Below are positions 53,387-63,739 of a DNA stretch of 64,000 nt, in pieces. Origin of the DNA: Rhodobacterales bacterium (GTDB lineage Bacteria; Pseudomonadota; Alphaproteobacteria; Rhodobacterales; Rhodobacteraceae). The stretch is from positions 5,324 through 69,323 of the forward strand of contig JBBSBK010000003.1 of the NCBI GenBank assembly GCA_038251315.1, in the 5' to 3' direction. Both the position numbers and the translations under genes were made by a program. Positions within the stretch are counted from its first letter, which is position 1, and each line of letters begins with the position of its first letter. Under the pieces are notes generated by a model. The model was not told the origin of the DNA and did not search any database. It saw only the letters and a list, made by a program, of their open reading frames with translations.

Positions 53387-54906
53387 TGCTGGCCCGCCTG
53401 ACCCGGTTGCCGTTCTTTGTGCTTTTGATGGGGGCCGGGGCAATGGCGATGTTCGTCCCTGCCGCCTATGCGTTTTCGATCAATCTGCCGACGACGGGTC
53501 GGGCGTTCCTGTTCGCGATGGTCCTGTTCCTGGTGCTGACGCTGCTTTTGGGCATTGCCACAAGCGGCTATACCCCGCGCAATGCGGCACGCAGCCATCT
53601 GACGGCGTTGCTTGCCGCCTTTATCGCGTTGCCGCTGATGCTCGCTGTGCCGTTCCATCAGGCAGTTTACGACACCTCGTTCATGAACGCCTGGTTCGAG
53701 ATGGTGTCGAGTTTCACGACAACTGGTGCGACCCTGTATGACAATCCCTTTCGGCTGACCCCGCCGTTGCATTTGTGGCGTGCCGAGGTGGCGTGGCTGG
53801 GCGGTTTTCTGGTCTGGGTGACGGCGGTGGCAATTTTGGCACCGATGAATCTGGGAGGGTTCGAGGTCCACGCCGCGGATGCGCCGGGGGCAGGCGCACG
53901 CGGGTTCACCCAAATATCCCGGATCGCCGACCCGTCCGAAAGGCTGGCACGCTTCAGCTTCTGGCTGGCGCCGATCTATGGCGGCCTGACGTTCGCTTTG
54001 GCCATCGGTCTGATTCTGGTTGGCGAACGGCCCTATGTCGCGGTGATTCACGCGATGTCGACCTTGTCGACGTCGGGCATCACCCCGTTGGCGGGCTTTT
54101 ACAACGCCGGGTCGGGGTTCGCGGGCGAGGTGCTGGTGTTCTTGTTCATGGGTTTCGCCATCACGCGTCTGTCGTTCAGCCGCGGTTTGCGGGGCGAAAA
54201 TCAAGGACGGCTGTGGCACGATCCCGAAATTCGCATGGCGGCGGGACTGGTCGGCGCGGTCACGCTGTTCCTGTTTATCCGCCACTTTATCGGCGCTATC
54301 GAAGGCACCAGCGCCGCCGGCTTCGCCGGGGCGATGCGGGCCCTTTGGGGGGCATTGTTCACCGTCACGTCGTTTCTGACGACGACCGGCTTTGAATCCG
54401 CCGAATGGCTGGACGCAACCGACTGGTCGGGCCTTGGCACGCCGGGCCTGATCCTTGTCGGCTTGTCGCTGATCGGTGGCGGCATCGCGACGACGGCGGG
54501 CGGGGTCAAACTGCTGCGGGTGTTCGCTCTGCTGAAACACGGTCAGCGCGAGTTGGAGCGGCTGATTTATCCCTCGTCACTGGCCGGGGGCGGGCGCGCG
54601 GCGCGCCAGATACGGCGTCAGGGAGCCTATGTGGCGTGGATATTCTTCATGTTGTTCACCCTGTCGGTCGTCGGCGTCATGGTTGCGCTGGCCCTGACCG
54701 GGGTGCAGTTCGAAACCTCGATGGTGCTGTCGGTCGCCGCACTGTCGACAACCGGCCCTTTGGCGGCAATTGCGGGCGAAGACCCGATTTCATTTGCAGG
54801 CATCCCCGACGGCGCCAAGATGATCCTGGCCGGCGCAATGGTTCTGGGTCGGCTCGAGGCGCTGGCGATCATCGCGTTGTTCAACCCGGAATTGTGGCGG
54901 TCCTGA
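53386..54906 (+). CDS. trkH: TrkH-family potassium transporter
   Basis: 506-aa polytopic membrane protein with repeated TTGF/STSG selectivity-type motifs. The ATG overlaps the trkA TGA. Confidence 0.88.
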   Translation: MLARLTRLPFFVLLMGAGAMAMFVPAAYAFSINLPTTGRAFLFAMVLFLVLTLLLGIATSGYTPRNAARSHLTALLAAFIALPLMLAVPFHQAVYDTSFMNAWFEMVSSFTTTGATLYDNPFRLTPPLHLWRAEVAWLGGFLVWVTAVAILAPMNLGGFEVHAADAPGAGARGFTQISRIADPSERLARFSFWLAPIYGGLTFALAIGLILVGERPYVAVIHAMSTLSTSGITPLAGFYNAGSGFAGEVLVFLFMGFAITRLSFSRGLRGENQGRLWHDPEIRMAAGLVGAVTLFLFIRHFIGAIEGTSAAGFAGAMRALWGALFTVTSFLTTTGFESAEWLDATDWSGLGTPGLILVGLSLIGGGIATTAGGVKLLRVFALLKHGQRELERLIYPSSLAGGGRAARQIRRQGAYVAWIFFMLFTLSVVGVMVALALTGVQFETSMVLSVAALSTTGPLAAIAGEDPISFAGIPDGAKMILAGAMVLGRLEALAIIALFNPELWRS

Positions 54907-55030
54907 CACCACAGCGTCTGGCATCGTCCAAGCTACTGTTTTTTGGGCTGGAAAGTATCGGACGCCCACCCCATACTGCGGCCCAAACGAGGGAGCCGGT
55001 CCGCGGCTGCAAGAACAAGGGACAACGCTT

Positions 55031-55264
55031 ATGGCGTCAGACAAACAAAACCTACAGGACGCATTTCTGAACCATGTCCGCAAGATCAAGGTTCCGGTGA
55101 CGATTTTTCTGGTCAATGGCGTGAAATTGCAGGGCGTCATCACCTGGTTCGACAGCTTTTGCGTACTGCTGCGCCGCGACGGACAGTCGCAACTGGTCTA
55201 TAAAAGCGCGATCAGCACGATCATGCCTGCCCAACCCATCAGCCTGTACGAAGGCGAAGAGTAG
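55031..55264 (+). CDS. hfq: RNA chaperone Hfq
   Basis: [33 protein letters not shown] is the canonical Sm1/Sm2 sequence. Confidence 0.97.
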   Translation: MASDKQNLQDAFLNHVRKIKVPVTIFLVNGVKLQGVITWFDSFCVLLRRDGQSQLVYKSAISTIMPAQPISLYEGEE

Positions 55265-55267
55265 CCC

Positions 55268-56572
55268 TTGCTGGAACACGACGCGCCCGTCACGCGGGCT
55301 TGGGTTCTGCACCCAGACATCAAATCTGACCGGGGCCGCCGCCCGGCGGTGCCTGCACTGGCCGAGGCCGTGGCGCTGGCCGCTGCCCTGCCGGGATTGC
55401 TGGTCGTCGGGTCCGAGATCGTGCCGCTGCCCAAGATTCAGGTCGGGATGCTGTTCGGCAAGGGCAAGGTCGCCGAATTGAAGGACCGGTTCGCGGCTGC
55501 CGAGATCGAACTTGTGCTGGTCGACGGTCATGTCGGCCCGGTCCAACAACGTAATCTGGAGAAGGCGCTGGGGGTCAAACTGCTGGATCGTACCGGCCTG
55601 ATTTTAGAGATTTTCAGCGACCGGGCGCGCACCAACGAAGGCGTGTTGCAAGTCGAGATGGCCGCATTGTCTTACCAGCGCACCCGGCTTGTGCGGGCCT
55701 GGACCCATCTTGAACGTCAGCGCGGCGGGCTAGGGTTCGTCGGTGGACCCGGCGAAACCCAGATCGAGGCGGACCGCCGTGCCATCGACGACCAGTTGGT
55801 GCGGCTCAAGTCCAAGCTGGGCAAGGTCGGCAGGACCCGTGCCCTGCATCGCGCCGCACGCGCCAAGGTGCCGTTCCCCATCGTCGCCATTGTCGGCTAT
55901 ACCAACGCGGGCAAATCGACGCTGTTCAACCGCCTGACCGGGGCTGATGTGTTGGTCAAGGACATGCTGTTTGCCACCCTTGATCCGACCATGCGCAAGG
56001 TGGCATTGCCGTCGGGTGAGCAGGTGATAATGTCTGACACGGTGGGGTTCATTTCGGACCTGCCGACCGAACTGGTCGCCGCGTTTCGGGCGACACTCGA
56101 AGAAGTGCTCGAGGCCGATGTGATCCTGCATGTGCGCGATATCAGCCACGCCGAAACCGATGCGCAAAAGACCGAAGTGATGTCGATCCTGACTACGCTT
56201 GGGGTCGCCAGCGAGACTCCCCTGATCGAAGTCTGGAATAAGATCGACACGCTGCCTGCCGACGCCGCTAATGCCCTGCGACTGCAGGCGACGCGCCAGC
56301 CTGACACCTATGTCACGTCTGCGCTGACCGGCGAGGGCATGGATGGATTGCTCGACAAGGTTCTGGGCGCCGTGCGGGAACCGAAAACCGTAGCTACGGT
56401 TGACCTTGGCTGGAAACAGGCAGCGGCGCACAGTTATCTGCACGAACTGGGTGTCGTCACGACCGAGCGCGAGACCGAGGACGGCTGGGTCGTTGATGTC
56501 ACGTGGACCGTGCGTGACGCCGAGCGTTTTGCGGCGTTTCAGCGCCAAGGGGTCAAGCCCCGCAAATCATGA
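55268..56572 (+). CDS. hflX: GTPase HflX
   Basis: GYTNAGKSTLFN G1 motif, DTVGF, and NKID. A TTG start at 55268 is the only start upstream of the conserved TRAWVLHP segment. Confidence 0.95.
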   Translation: MLEHDAPVTRAWVLHPDIKSDRGRRPAVPALAEAVALAAALPGLLVVGSEIVPLPKIQVGMLFGKGKVAELKDRFAAAEIELVLVDGHVGPVQQRNLEKALGVKLLDRTGLILEIFSDRARTNEGVLQVEMAALSYQRTRLVRAWTHLERQRGGLGFVGGPGETQIEADRRAIDDQLVRLKSKLGKVGRTRALHRAARAKVPFPIVAIVGYTNAGKSTLFNRLTGADVLVKDMLFATLDPTMRKVALPSGEQVIMSDTVGFISDLPTELVAAFRATLEEVLEADVILHVRDISHAETDAQKTEVMSILTTLGVASETPLIEVWNKIDTLPADAANALRLQATRQPDTYVTSALTGEGMDGLLDKVLGAVREPKTVATVDLGWKQAAAHSYLHELGVVTTERETEDGWVVDVTWTVRDAERFAAFQRQGVKPRKS

Positions 56573-56601
56573 CCGCCTTGGCGGCAAATAGTGAGGTGTA
56601 G

Positions 56602-57009
56602 ATGACTCCGACGATCATCCTTTATGTGGTCAGCGTTGTGCTGTTTTTGGGCCTTGATTTTCTGGGCCTGACCTATCTGATCCGGCCCACTTTCGAACGT
56701 GATATCGCGCCGATGCTGCTGGAAAACTTCAAACTCGCCCCGGCCCTGATCTTCTATATGTTCTACATTGTCGGTCTGCTGTTCTTTGTCTCGGTACCGG
56801 CGATGCGGGCCGACACCGGCTTGCTGGTCGTGTTCCTGACGGGCGCTTTGTTCGGTGCTGTGGCCTATGGCACCTACGAATTCAGCAATTTGGCGACGCT
56901 GAACGGCTGGACATGGCGCATGTTGCTGACCGACCTGACCTGGGGCACGGTTTTGACCGGAACCGTCGCAGCGGGCGGGGTGGCAATCACACGGGCTTTG
57001 ACGGCCTGA
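56602..57009 (+). CDS. DUF2177-like integral membrane protein
   Basis: 135 aa with four predicted TM helices. The family is assigned from memory. Confidence 0.75.
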   Translation: MTPTIILYVVSVVLFLGLDFLGLTYLIRPTFERDIAPMLLENFKLAPALIFYMFYIVGLLFFVSVPAMRADTGLLVVFLTGALFGAVAYGTYEFSNLATLNGWTWRMLLTDLTWGTVLTGTVAAGGVAITRALTA

Positions 57010-57013
57010 CCCG

Positions 57014-59482
57014 TCAATGAACGGCATCGGGGATCAACGTGGTGATGCCCACAGCCGCCGCCCGCGCAAGCCCGGGGTCAAGCGACATTGGAATGTACTC
57101 ACCGCGACGCCAAAGCTCGCCCAGATCGTCGTAGGACCGCGACAGCGGATGGCCTGATTGGCCGGTCGCGGTGATGAACACGGAGCTGTCGGGATCGGCA
57201 AAATCGTAGACGCCCCGATAGCCCGCCGCATGGACGTTCTGGAACGGTTCAGGGTCCAGCCCCGACGTGCGCCCGCGCATCAGGGTGTTGTCGCCGCCAC
57301 TGGTCGATTGATGGATGTTCACAAACCAGTTCAGGATCGGCACCGACCCCAGCACCGGATGGTCGTGGATTGCCTGATGTGCGTCGCCCCAGCGCAGGGA
57401 TTCCAGCGACCCCGGATAGTGTTCGCCGATCCAGATCAGGGCATCGTCCAGCGCCAGCCGCGCCATGTCGGTGCAGGTTTCGACAGGGGCTGATTGTAAC
57501 ACGTCGCACCAGACACCTGCGCCGTCCGTGTTGCGGAACACCCGTTCGATGAACACAGGCTCGACGTGGGTGAACTCGTCCGCCAGCGGCCCCATCTCGT
57601 CGCGGATCAGCCTTTCCTGCAGGGCGCGCAGCCAGGCGGCATAGATCAGCGGTTCGGGCAGATGTTCGTTCATTTCGCCGTTCCATTCGGCCAACAGGGC
57701 CAGCGCCTGCTGGCGGCGACGTTCCGGCGTGCCGTCGGCGGCGGTTTCCCCGGTGAACCATAGGTCGGCGCCGACGAGAGGCAGCAGCGAACGGGCGGTG
57801 TAACTTACGGTGTCCAACTGCGCCTCGATGAAACTTTCGCGGGTATGTACCTCGCGCGATTGCATTAGACGGGTCCAGCGGTTGATGCGCTGGGTATCGC
57901 CCCATTCAAACGACACGTGGTTCGGGAACGGGCGATCTACCGTCTTGTTATTCGTATTACCGACGATGCCGCCGGGCGGGTTGATGAATTCGGGGTTGTC
58001 AGCATAGGGCATCCGGCCTTGCCAGCGGTTTTCGGCGCGGTAGCCATAGGTCGGTAATCGCCCAAGGCTTTGATGTGCGGGATCACGGCGCGGGATCACG
58101 CCGATGGTTTTCAACGCGATCCCTGTGCGGTCGGCCATTGTCACGTTTTGCGCCGGGGCGATGTACGTCTCCGCCGCGGCAATGGCCTGACGGATGTTGT
58201 GCGCCTGCATCATGTTCATCGCCGCACTGACTGACGTATCGGCGGCAGACAGCGCGGTCCAGCTGACCGTGGTTACGGTGCCGGGGGGCCGGATCGTGCC
58301 AAGGTCGTATTGATCGGGCGGAAGCACCGGGCCGTTCTCAGTCCATTGAAGCTTCAGCGTGACGGCCGGGGCACCCTTGATGTTGACGATGCTGTCGCGG
58401 GCGGTGAAATCCTCCCAGCCATCGGGGCCGCGGTATTGGTTGGCGTTCTGCGGGTTGACCTCTTCGATATGCACATCCTGATCGTCGACGTAGGCGGTCG
58501 TGACACCCCAGCCCAAATCGGCGCTGCGTCCGGTCAGGATCACCGGCAAACCGGGGATGGTGCCACCGATCACGCCGCCAGATTGCAGTTCCAGCCGGGC
58601 CAGATACCAGATCGTCGGCGCGGTCAGGCCCAGATGCGGGTCGTTGGCAAGCAGCGTCGACCCGGTTGCCGACCGGCTGATCCCTGCCGCCCAAGCGTTG
58701 GACGCCCCCGCCAGATCGCGCGGCTGCACGGGTGACAACGGGTCGGGTGGCATTCGCGTGTTGGCGGCATAACGCAGCGCACCGGGGACAAGCCATGCGT
58801 ATTCCGGCAGGGTGGCGATGGCGGTGCCGGGGTCATCCGGCAGAATATCGGCGACGCGGGCAGGCTCCAGCAACAGGGACGTTCGGGCGCGGATCACTTC
58901 GCTTTCCAGATGACCTGACAATTGCAGCGCCATCAGTTTCAGGATGACGATGCTGTCAGCAGGTTGCCAAGGCGCAATGGCCTGATTGAACAGCCACATT
59001 TCGGGGGCGCCGCGGCCGCGCGACCCGGCGTTCACCTCGGCCAGCCAAGCGTTGACGCCGTCGCTGTAGGCCTCGAGCGCGGCTTTCGTCGGCGCATCCT
59101 GTGCGTCGACAGATTGCACAGCCAGCCCATACAGATCGAACCGGCGCAACAGACTGTCGATCCGCAAAGTGCGTTCGCCGAACAGTTCTGACAACCGCCC
59201 TTGGGCCGTGCGCCGCAGCATCGTCATCTGCCAAAGCCTGTCCTGCGCATGCGCATAGCCAAGGGCAAAGTAGACATCGGCATCGGTCGCGCCAAAGATA
59301 TGCGGCACATTGGCGTTGTCGCGCACGATTTCGACCGGGGCGGTGATGCCAATGACGGATGTCGTCGCCGTGTAGTCGGGCAGCGACCGGGATGCGAAAT
59401 AATAGGCCAGCGCAAAGGCGGCAACGGCGAGTACGACCAGCCCTGTGGCGATCCGGAGCAGCCAGCGGAAAAGGAGTGCCAT
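57014..59482 (-). CDS. penicillin acylase family (Ntn-hydrolase) protein
   Basis: 822 aa with an N-terminal anchor/signal. The SNAW nucleophile region (GASNAWA) is typical of penicillin/AHL acylases. Confidence 0.9.
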   Translation of the reverse strand: MALLFRWLLRIATGLVVLAVAAFALAYYFASRSLPDYTATTSVIGITAPVEIVRDNANVPHIFGATDADVYFALGYAHAQDRLWQMTMLRRTAQGRLSELFGERTLRIDSLLRRFDLYGLAVQSVDAQDAPTKAALEAYSDGVNAWLAEVNAGSRGRGAPEMWLFNQAIAPWQPADSIVILKLMALQLSGHLESEVIRARTSLLLEPARVADILPDDPGTAIATLPEYAWLVPGALRYAANTRMPPDPLSPVQPRDLAGASNAWAAGISRSATGSTLLANDPHLGLTAPTIWYLARLELQSGGVIGGTIPGLPVILTGRSADLGWGVTTAYVDDQDVHIEEVNPQNANQYRGPDGWEDFTARDSIVNIKGAPAVTLKLQWTENGPVLPPDQYDLGTIRPPGTVTTVSWTALSAADTSVSAAMNMMQAHNIRQAIAAAETYIAPAQNVTMADRTGIALKTIGVIPRRDPAHQSLGRLPTYGYRAENRWQGRMPYADNPEFINPPGGIVGNTNNKTVDRPFPNHVSFEWGDTQRINRWTRLMQSREVHTRESFIEAQLDTVSYTARSLLPLVGADLWFTGETAADGTPERRRQQALALLAEWNGEMNEHLPEPLIYAAWLRALQERLIRDEMGPLADEFTHVEPVFIERVFRNTDGAGVWCDVLQSAPVETCTDMARLALDDALIWIGEHYPGSLESLRWGDAHQAIHDHPVLGSVPILNWFVNIHQSTSGGDNTLMRGRTSGLDPEPFQNVHAAGYRGVYDFADPDSSVFITATGQSGHPLSRSYDDLGELWRRGEYIPMSLDPGLARAAAVGITTLIPDAVH

Positions 59483-59579
59483 CGTCGCCCTTTTGAACTT
59501 GCGCGCCCGGTTGACGGGTGCAGGGATTGGGTTAAGCAGGACTAGCTTAATTCAATGGGCTGCGCGAGGGGGCAAGGGC

Positions 59580-60455
59580 ATGGCAAAGATCGCTTTTCTG
59601 GGACTGGGGGTCATGGGATATCCGATGGCCGGACATCTGGCGGCGGCGGGGCATGAGGTGACGGTGTATAACCGGACCGGGGCCAAGGCCGAGAAGTGGG
59701 TCAGTCAGCATGGCGGGCGGACTGCCGCTGTGCCTGCGGCGGCGGCAAAGGGCGCGGATTTCGTCATGGCCTGCGTGGGCAACGACGATGATCTGCGGGC
59801 GGTCTGTCTGGGCGACGATGGTGCGCTTGGGGCGATGGATAAGGGCGCGGTGTTTGTCGATCACACAACCGTTTCGGCGGCGGTGACGCGGGAATTGTCC
59901 AGCGTGGCGGCGGATGCGGGAGTTGCCTTCATCGACGCGCCCGTGTCGGGCGGGCAGGCTGGGGCCGAGAACGGCAAACTGTCGGTCATGTGCGGCGGCG
60001 ACGCGGCAGCTTACGCGCGGGCAGAGCCAGTGATCGCGGCCTATGCTAAAATCTGCCGCCTATTGGGGCCGTCCGGTGCCGGCCAACTGACCAAGATGTG
60101 CAACCAGATCGCGATTGCGGGTCTGGTACAGGGGCTGTCGGAAGCGCTGTATTTTGCGCAAAAGGCGGGCTTGGATGGCCGCGCGGTGGTCGAGGTCATT
60201 TCGCAAGGGGCCGCTGGTAGCTGGCAGATGGCCAACCGGTTCGAAACGATGCTGGACGACAAGTTCGACCACGGATTCGCTGTCGATTGGATGCGCAAGG
60301 ACTTGGGCATCGTGCTGGGTGCGGCCGACGAAACCGGGGCCAGCCTGCCGGTCACGGCACTGGTCGATCAGTTCTACAAGGACGTGCAGAACATGGGTGG
60401 TGGTCGCTGGGATACCTCCAGCCTGATCCGGCGGTTGCGGGCGTTTCAGGGGTGA
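59580..60455 (+). CDS. NAD(P)-dependent beta-hydroxyacid dehydrogenase (3-hydroxyisobutyrate dehydrogenase family)
   Basis: MAKIAFLGLGVMGYPMAGHL Rossmann N-terminus. An internal ATG of the longer track ORF was chosen. Confidence 0.88.
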   Translation: MAKIAFLGLGVMGYPMAGHLAAAGHEVTVYNRTGAKAEKWVSQHGGRTAAVPAAAAKGADFVMACVGNDDDLRAVCLGDDGALGAMDKGAVFVDHTTVSAAVTRELSSVAADAGVAFIDAPVSGGQAGAENGKLSVMCGGDAAAYARAEPVIAAYAKICRLLGPSGAGQLTKMCNQIAIAGLVQGLSEALYFAQKAGLDGRAVVEVISQGAAGSWQMANRFETMLDDKFDHGFAVDWMRKDLGIVLGAADETGASLPVTALVDQFYKDVQNMGGGRWDTSSLIRRLRAFQG

Positions 60456-61366
60456 TCGTGAACTGAACACGCTAACCCATGATCGGGGCCGCTGCATGAT
60501 AATTCGACCGTTGCGTGGTCAATTCCGAAACTGTCATGCAGCACTGATTTGATCGCCTTGCGAAGTGCATCGTGATCGCCCAGATCGCCGACCTCGGCCT
60601 CGAGCGTCATCATCGGGCGATCCTGCGTGATCGACCATGCGTGGACGTGGTGAATGCCCAGCACACCGGGCACCTGCGCCACCAGCGCGGCCTCGACCTT
60701 GCGGCGGTCGATCTTTTCGGGGGCGGCTTCGAGCAGAATATGCCCGCTTTCCTTGACCACGGCATAGGCCGACCGCAGGATGATGACGGCGACCAGCACC
60801 GACAGGATCGGGTCGATCGGGGTCCAGCCCGTCCAGATGATGACAATCGCGGCCACGATGGCAGCGACCGATCCCAGCAGGTCGCCCGCCACATGCAGCA
60901 AGGCGGCCCTGACGTTCAGGTTTTCCTTTTCGCCGCGTGATAGCACCCAGAAGGCGGCTATGTTGACGGCCAGTCCGCCAATCGCGATCCACAGCATTGC
61001 ACCACCCAAAATCGGGGCGGGGTCACCCAGACGACGCACTGCCTCGATCACGATCCACCCGGCAACGGCGAACAGGACGATGCCGTTGACGAAAGCGGCG
61101 AGCACCGAAAAGCGGTCGAACCCATAGGTCCGTTTCCAGTCGGCAGGTCGTTCTGCAAGACGAAACGCGAACCATGCCAGCGCCAGCGCCCCACTGTCCG
61201 TCAGCATATGCCCCGCGTCGGCCAGCAGGGCGAGCGAACCGGAAACGATTCCACCCACAACCTCGGCCAGCATGAAGCCGCCGGTCAGCAGGGCGGCGAT
61301 ACCGACGGCGCGGCGGTTGCCGCCGCCGTGGACATGGCCGGGCGCGTGATGATCGTGGTCGCTCAT
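60446..61366 (-). CDS. cation diffusion facilitator family transporter (CzcD/ZitB-like)
   Basis: His-rich N-terminus MSDHDHHAPGHVHGG, six TM helices, and HMLTD / HVAGD motifs. Confidence 0.92.
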   Translation of the reverse strand: MSDHDHHAPGHVHGGGNRRAVGIAALLTGGFMLAEVVGGIVSGSLALLADAGHMLTDSGALALAWFAFRLAERPADWKRTYGFDRFSVLAAFVNGIVLFAVAGWIVIEAVRRLGDPAPILGGAMLWIAIGGLAVNIAAFWVLSRGEKENLNVRAALLHVAGDLLGSVAAIVAAIVIIWTGWTPIDPILSVLVAVIILRSAYAVVKESGHILLEAAPEKIDRRKVEAALVAQVPGVLGIHHVHAWSITQDRPMMTLEAEVGDLGDHDALRKAIKSVLHDSFGIDHATVELSCSGPDHGLACSVHDHP

Positions 61367-61389
61367 TTTGGTTTAACCGGGCATCGCCT

Positions 61390-62703
61390 TTAGCGTTCCG
61401 GGATCAACCCTCTGGGACTGAATCGCAAGACGAGTAACAGCACGACCCCCATCGTCAGCAGGCGCATCTGTGCCGCGGAATCAATCAGATGCACCTTGAG
61501 CGCCGATCCATCCGGCAGCCCCGCCGTGATGACCGACATCAGCCACAGCCCGATGGGTTCGACCATCACCCAAAGCCACCAGATCAGCATGCCACCCAGC
61601 ACCGCGCCGAAATTATTGCCTGACCCGCCGACGATAACCATAACCCAGATCAGAAAGGTAAATCGTAGCGGCTGATAGGTGCCTGGCGTCAGCTGCCCGT
61701 CCATCGTGGTCATCATTGCCCCTGCAATGCCGCAGATCGCGGAGCCAAGGATGAAGATTTGCAGATGCCGGGCGGTGACGTTTTTACCCATCGCCTCAGC
61801 AGCCGTTTCGTTGTCGCGGATCGCCCGCATCATTCGGCCCCACGGGCTGTTGAGCGCCTTTTGCGCCAGCCACAGCAGGATCAGCAGGACGATGACGAAC
61901 AGGATGCCATAGGCCAGTTTGACATAAAGGGTCGAGGCATTGACAGGGTCCAGCCCAAGGCTGGCGGCGCGTTCCAGAAAACCGGGATCGGTCTGCAGGT
62001 TGACCTCGTAGGGCACGAACGGGGCAGGGCGGCTGACGCCGGTCACGTTCTTGACGCCACGCGCCAGCCAATCCTCGTTCTTCATCACCGCGATGATGAT
62101 TTCGGCAATCCCGAGGGTGGCGATGGCAAGGTAGTCTGACCGCAGACCCAATGCTGTCTTGCCGATGATCCACGCCGCCCCGGCAGCCAGCAATCCACCG
62201 ACAGGCCAAGCCAGCAGCACCGGCAGGCCAAGGCCACCAAGATAGCCGGTCGAAGCCGGATTGATTGCTTCGACCGGATCGACGCCGCCGTCGAAAACCC
62301 AGCGATACAGGAAAAATCCGCCGATCAGCACGACCAGCGTCATCAGGTTGCGGTTACGGCCCTTTGCCATGCGTTTCTGCACCAGAACGGCAGCGATGAT
62401 CGTCGCAGCCCCAAGGGCCAGCCCGGCAAGGATGCGCAAGCCCCCCGCCGTCCATGCCTCGCCCACAGGTGGCAGGTTGATCACGACGGTCGCAAGACCG
62501 CCCAGCGCCACAAACCCCATGATCCCGATATTGAACAACCCGGCAAAGCCCCATTGCAGGTTGACGCCCAGCGCCATGACAGCCGAAATCAAGCCCATGT
62601 TGACGATGGTAAGTGCGAGGTTCCACCCTTGGGTTAGCCCGGTGCCGACAATCAGCAGGGTGACAAAGGCATAGAGCATATAAGCTTTGACGGTGGGGTT
62701 CAT
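61390..62703 (-). CDS. branched-chain amino acid-type ABC transporter permease (LivM-like)
   Basis: 437-aa polytopic permease. ATGA-type overlap with the upstream LivH-like gene. Confidence 0.88.
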   Translation of the reverse strand: MNPTVKAYMLYAFVTLLIVGTGLTQGWNLALTIVNMGLISAVMALGVNLQWGFAGLFNIGIMGFVALGGLATVVINLPPVGEAWTAGGLRILAGLALGAATIIAAVLVQKRMAKGRNRNLMTLVVLIGGFFLYRWVFDGGVDPVEAINPASTGYLGGLGLPVLLAWPVGGLLAAGAAWIIGKTALGLRSDYLAIATLGIAEIIIAVMKNEDWLARGVKNVTGVSRPAPFVPYEVNLQTDPGFLERAASLGLDPVNASTLYVKLAYGILFVIVLLILLWLAQKALNSPWGRMMRAIRDNETAAEAMGKNVTARHLQIFILGSAICGIAGAMMTTMDGQLTPGTYQPLRFTFLIWVMVIVGGSGNNFGAVLGGMLIWWLWVMVEPIGLWLMSVITAGLPDGSALKVHLIDSAAQMRLLTMGVVLLLVLRFSPRGLIPER

Positions 62704-63710
62704 ACGCTTTGTCCTTTAAACAGACCGGTCGGTTTGAACAGCAGCACGATGATGAGAATGCCGAAACTGACCGCGAATTTATAGTCCGTTGACAGAAGTT
62801 GGACGAGGCTGTCAGGGCCCATCCCGTCAGGCAAGGCATAGACCAGCACTTTTTTCCAAGCATAGGTCACAGTGACCTCGGAAAACGCGATGACGAAACC
62901 GCCCGCGATGGCACCGAGCGGGCTGCCCAGACCGCCGACGATGGCGGCGGCAAAGATCGGCAGAAGAAGCTGGAAATAGGTGAAGGGTTTGAATGACTTG
63001 TCCAGCCCATACAGCACCCCGGCAATGGTCGCCAGTGCCGCGACGATGATCCATGTCACCATGACGACCTTTTCCGGGTTGATGCCCGACAACAGCGCAA
63101 GATCCTCGTTGTCACTGAACGCCCGCATGGATTTTCCGGTGCGGGTCTTGTTCAGGAACCAGAACAGCAGGGCGACGACGACAACGGCGGTAGCAATGGT
63201 CAGGCCTTGGGTCGTCTTGATCGCGAGCCCCTCTTCAAGCCCGGTCAGTCGTTTGAAGGTCTGCGCCGAGATGATGAACCGTTCGCCATCCAGAAAATTG
63301 CGATCATCGACCCCGATGATGAACCGCACGACGCCGTTCATGATGAACATCACGCCCATCGACACGATGACAAGGATCACCGGGGCTGCCTTTTTGCGCC
63401 GGTAAAACCGATAGACGACGCGGTCGGTGCCAAGAACGAACAGGGCGGTGACGACGATGCCGAATGGCAAGGCGATCAGCGCCGTGGGCAGCACCCACAG
63501 ATGCAGGCCCCACGACTGGAACAGCCACGTGAACAAGATCGTCGCCATTGTCCCGAACGCCATCGTATCACCGTGGGCAAAATTGGAAAACCGCAGGATG
63601 CCATAGATCAGCGTCACCCCTAGCGCCCCGAGCGCCAGTTGCGCGCCGTAGGCGGCACCGGGGACGATGACGAAATTCAGCAGGGTGATCAGGCCGTTCA
63701 GCAGGTCCAT
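62700..63710 (-). CDS. branched-chain amino acid-type ABC transporter permease (LivH-like)
   Basis: 336 aa. LNGLITLLNFVIVPGAAYGAQLALGALGVTLIYGILRFSNFAHGD is a typical LivH N-terminus. Confidence 0.9.
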   Translation of the reverse strand: MDLLNGLITLLNFVIVPGAAYGAQLALGALGVTLIYGILRFSNFAHGDTMAFGTMATILFTWLFQSWGLHLWVLPTALIALPFGIVVTALFVLGTDRVVYRFYRRKKAAPVILVIVSMGVMFIMNGVVRFIIGVDDRNFLDGERFIISAQTFKRLTGLEEGLAIKTTQGLTIATAVVVVALLFWFLNKTRTGKSMRAFSDNEDLALLSGINPEKVVMVTWIIVAALATIAGVLYGLDKSFKPFTYFQLLLPIFAAAIVGGLGSPLGAIAGGFVIAFSEVTVTYAWKKVLVYALPDGMGPDSLVQLLSTDYKFAVSFGILIIVLLFKPTGLFKGQSV

Positions 63711-63739
63711 TCAGCACTTCCCTTGATAAAGCAGGCGGT

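Noticed and set aside
46998-54540. Series of long minus-strand ORFs (46998..48365, 49036..50319, 50933..52474, 52547..53443, 53131..54540) antisense to ntrC, ntrY, ntrX, trkA and trkH
   Set aside because: All lie opposite canonical, motif-rich genes of a conserved cluster. Their compositions are typical of high-GC antisense frames.
54919-54934. Sigma54-like TGGCAT-N5-AAGCT upstream of hfq
   Set aside because: The GG/GC spacing is right, but the -12 element is AAGC rather than TTGC. A single weak hit in GC-rich DNA is not enough to report.
44714-56572. dusB-ntrBC-ntrYX-trkAH-hfq-hflX as a candidate novel system
   Set aside because: This gene order is a well-known conserved block in alphaproteobacteria. 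Nothing extra is inserted in it here.
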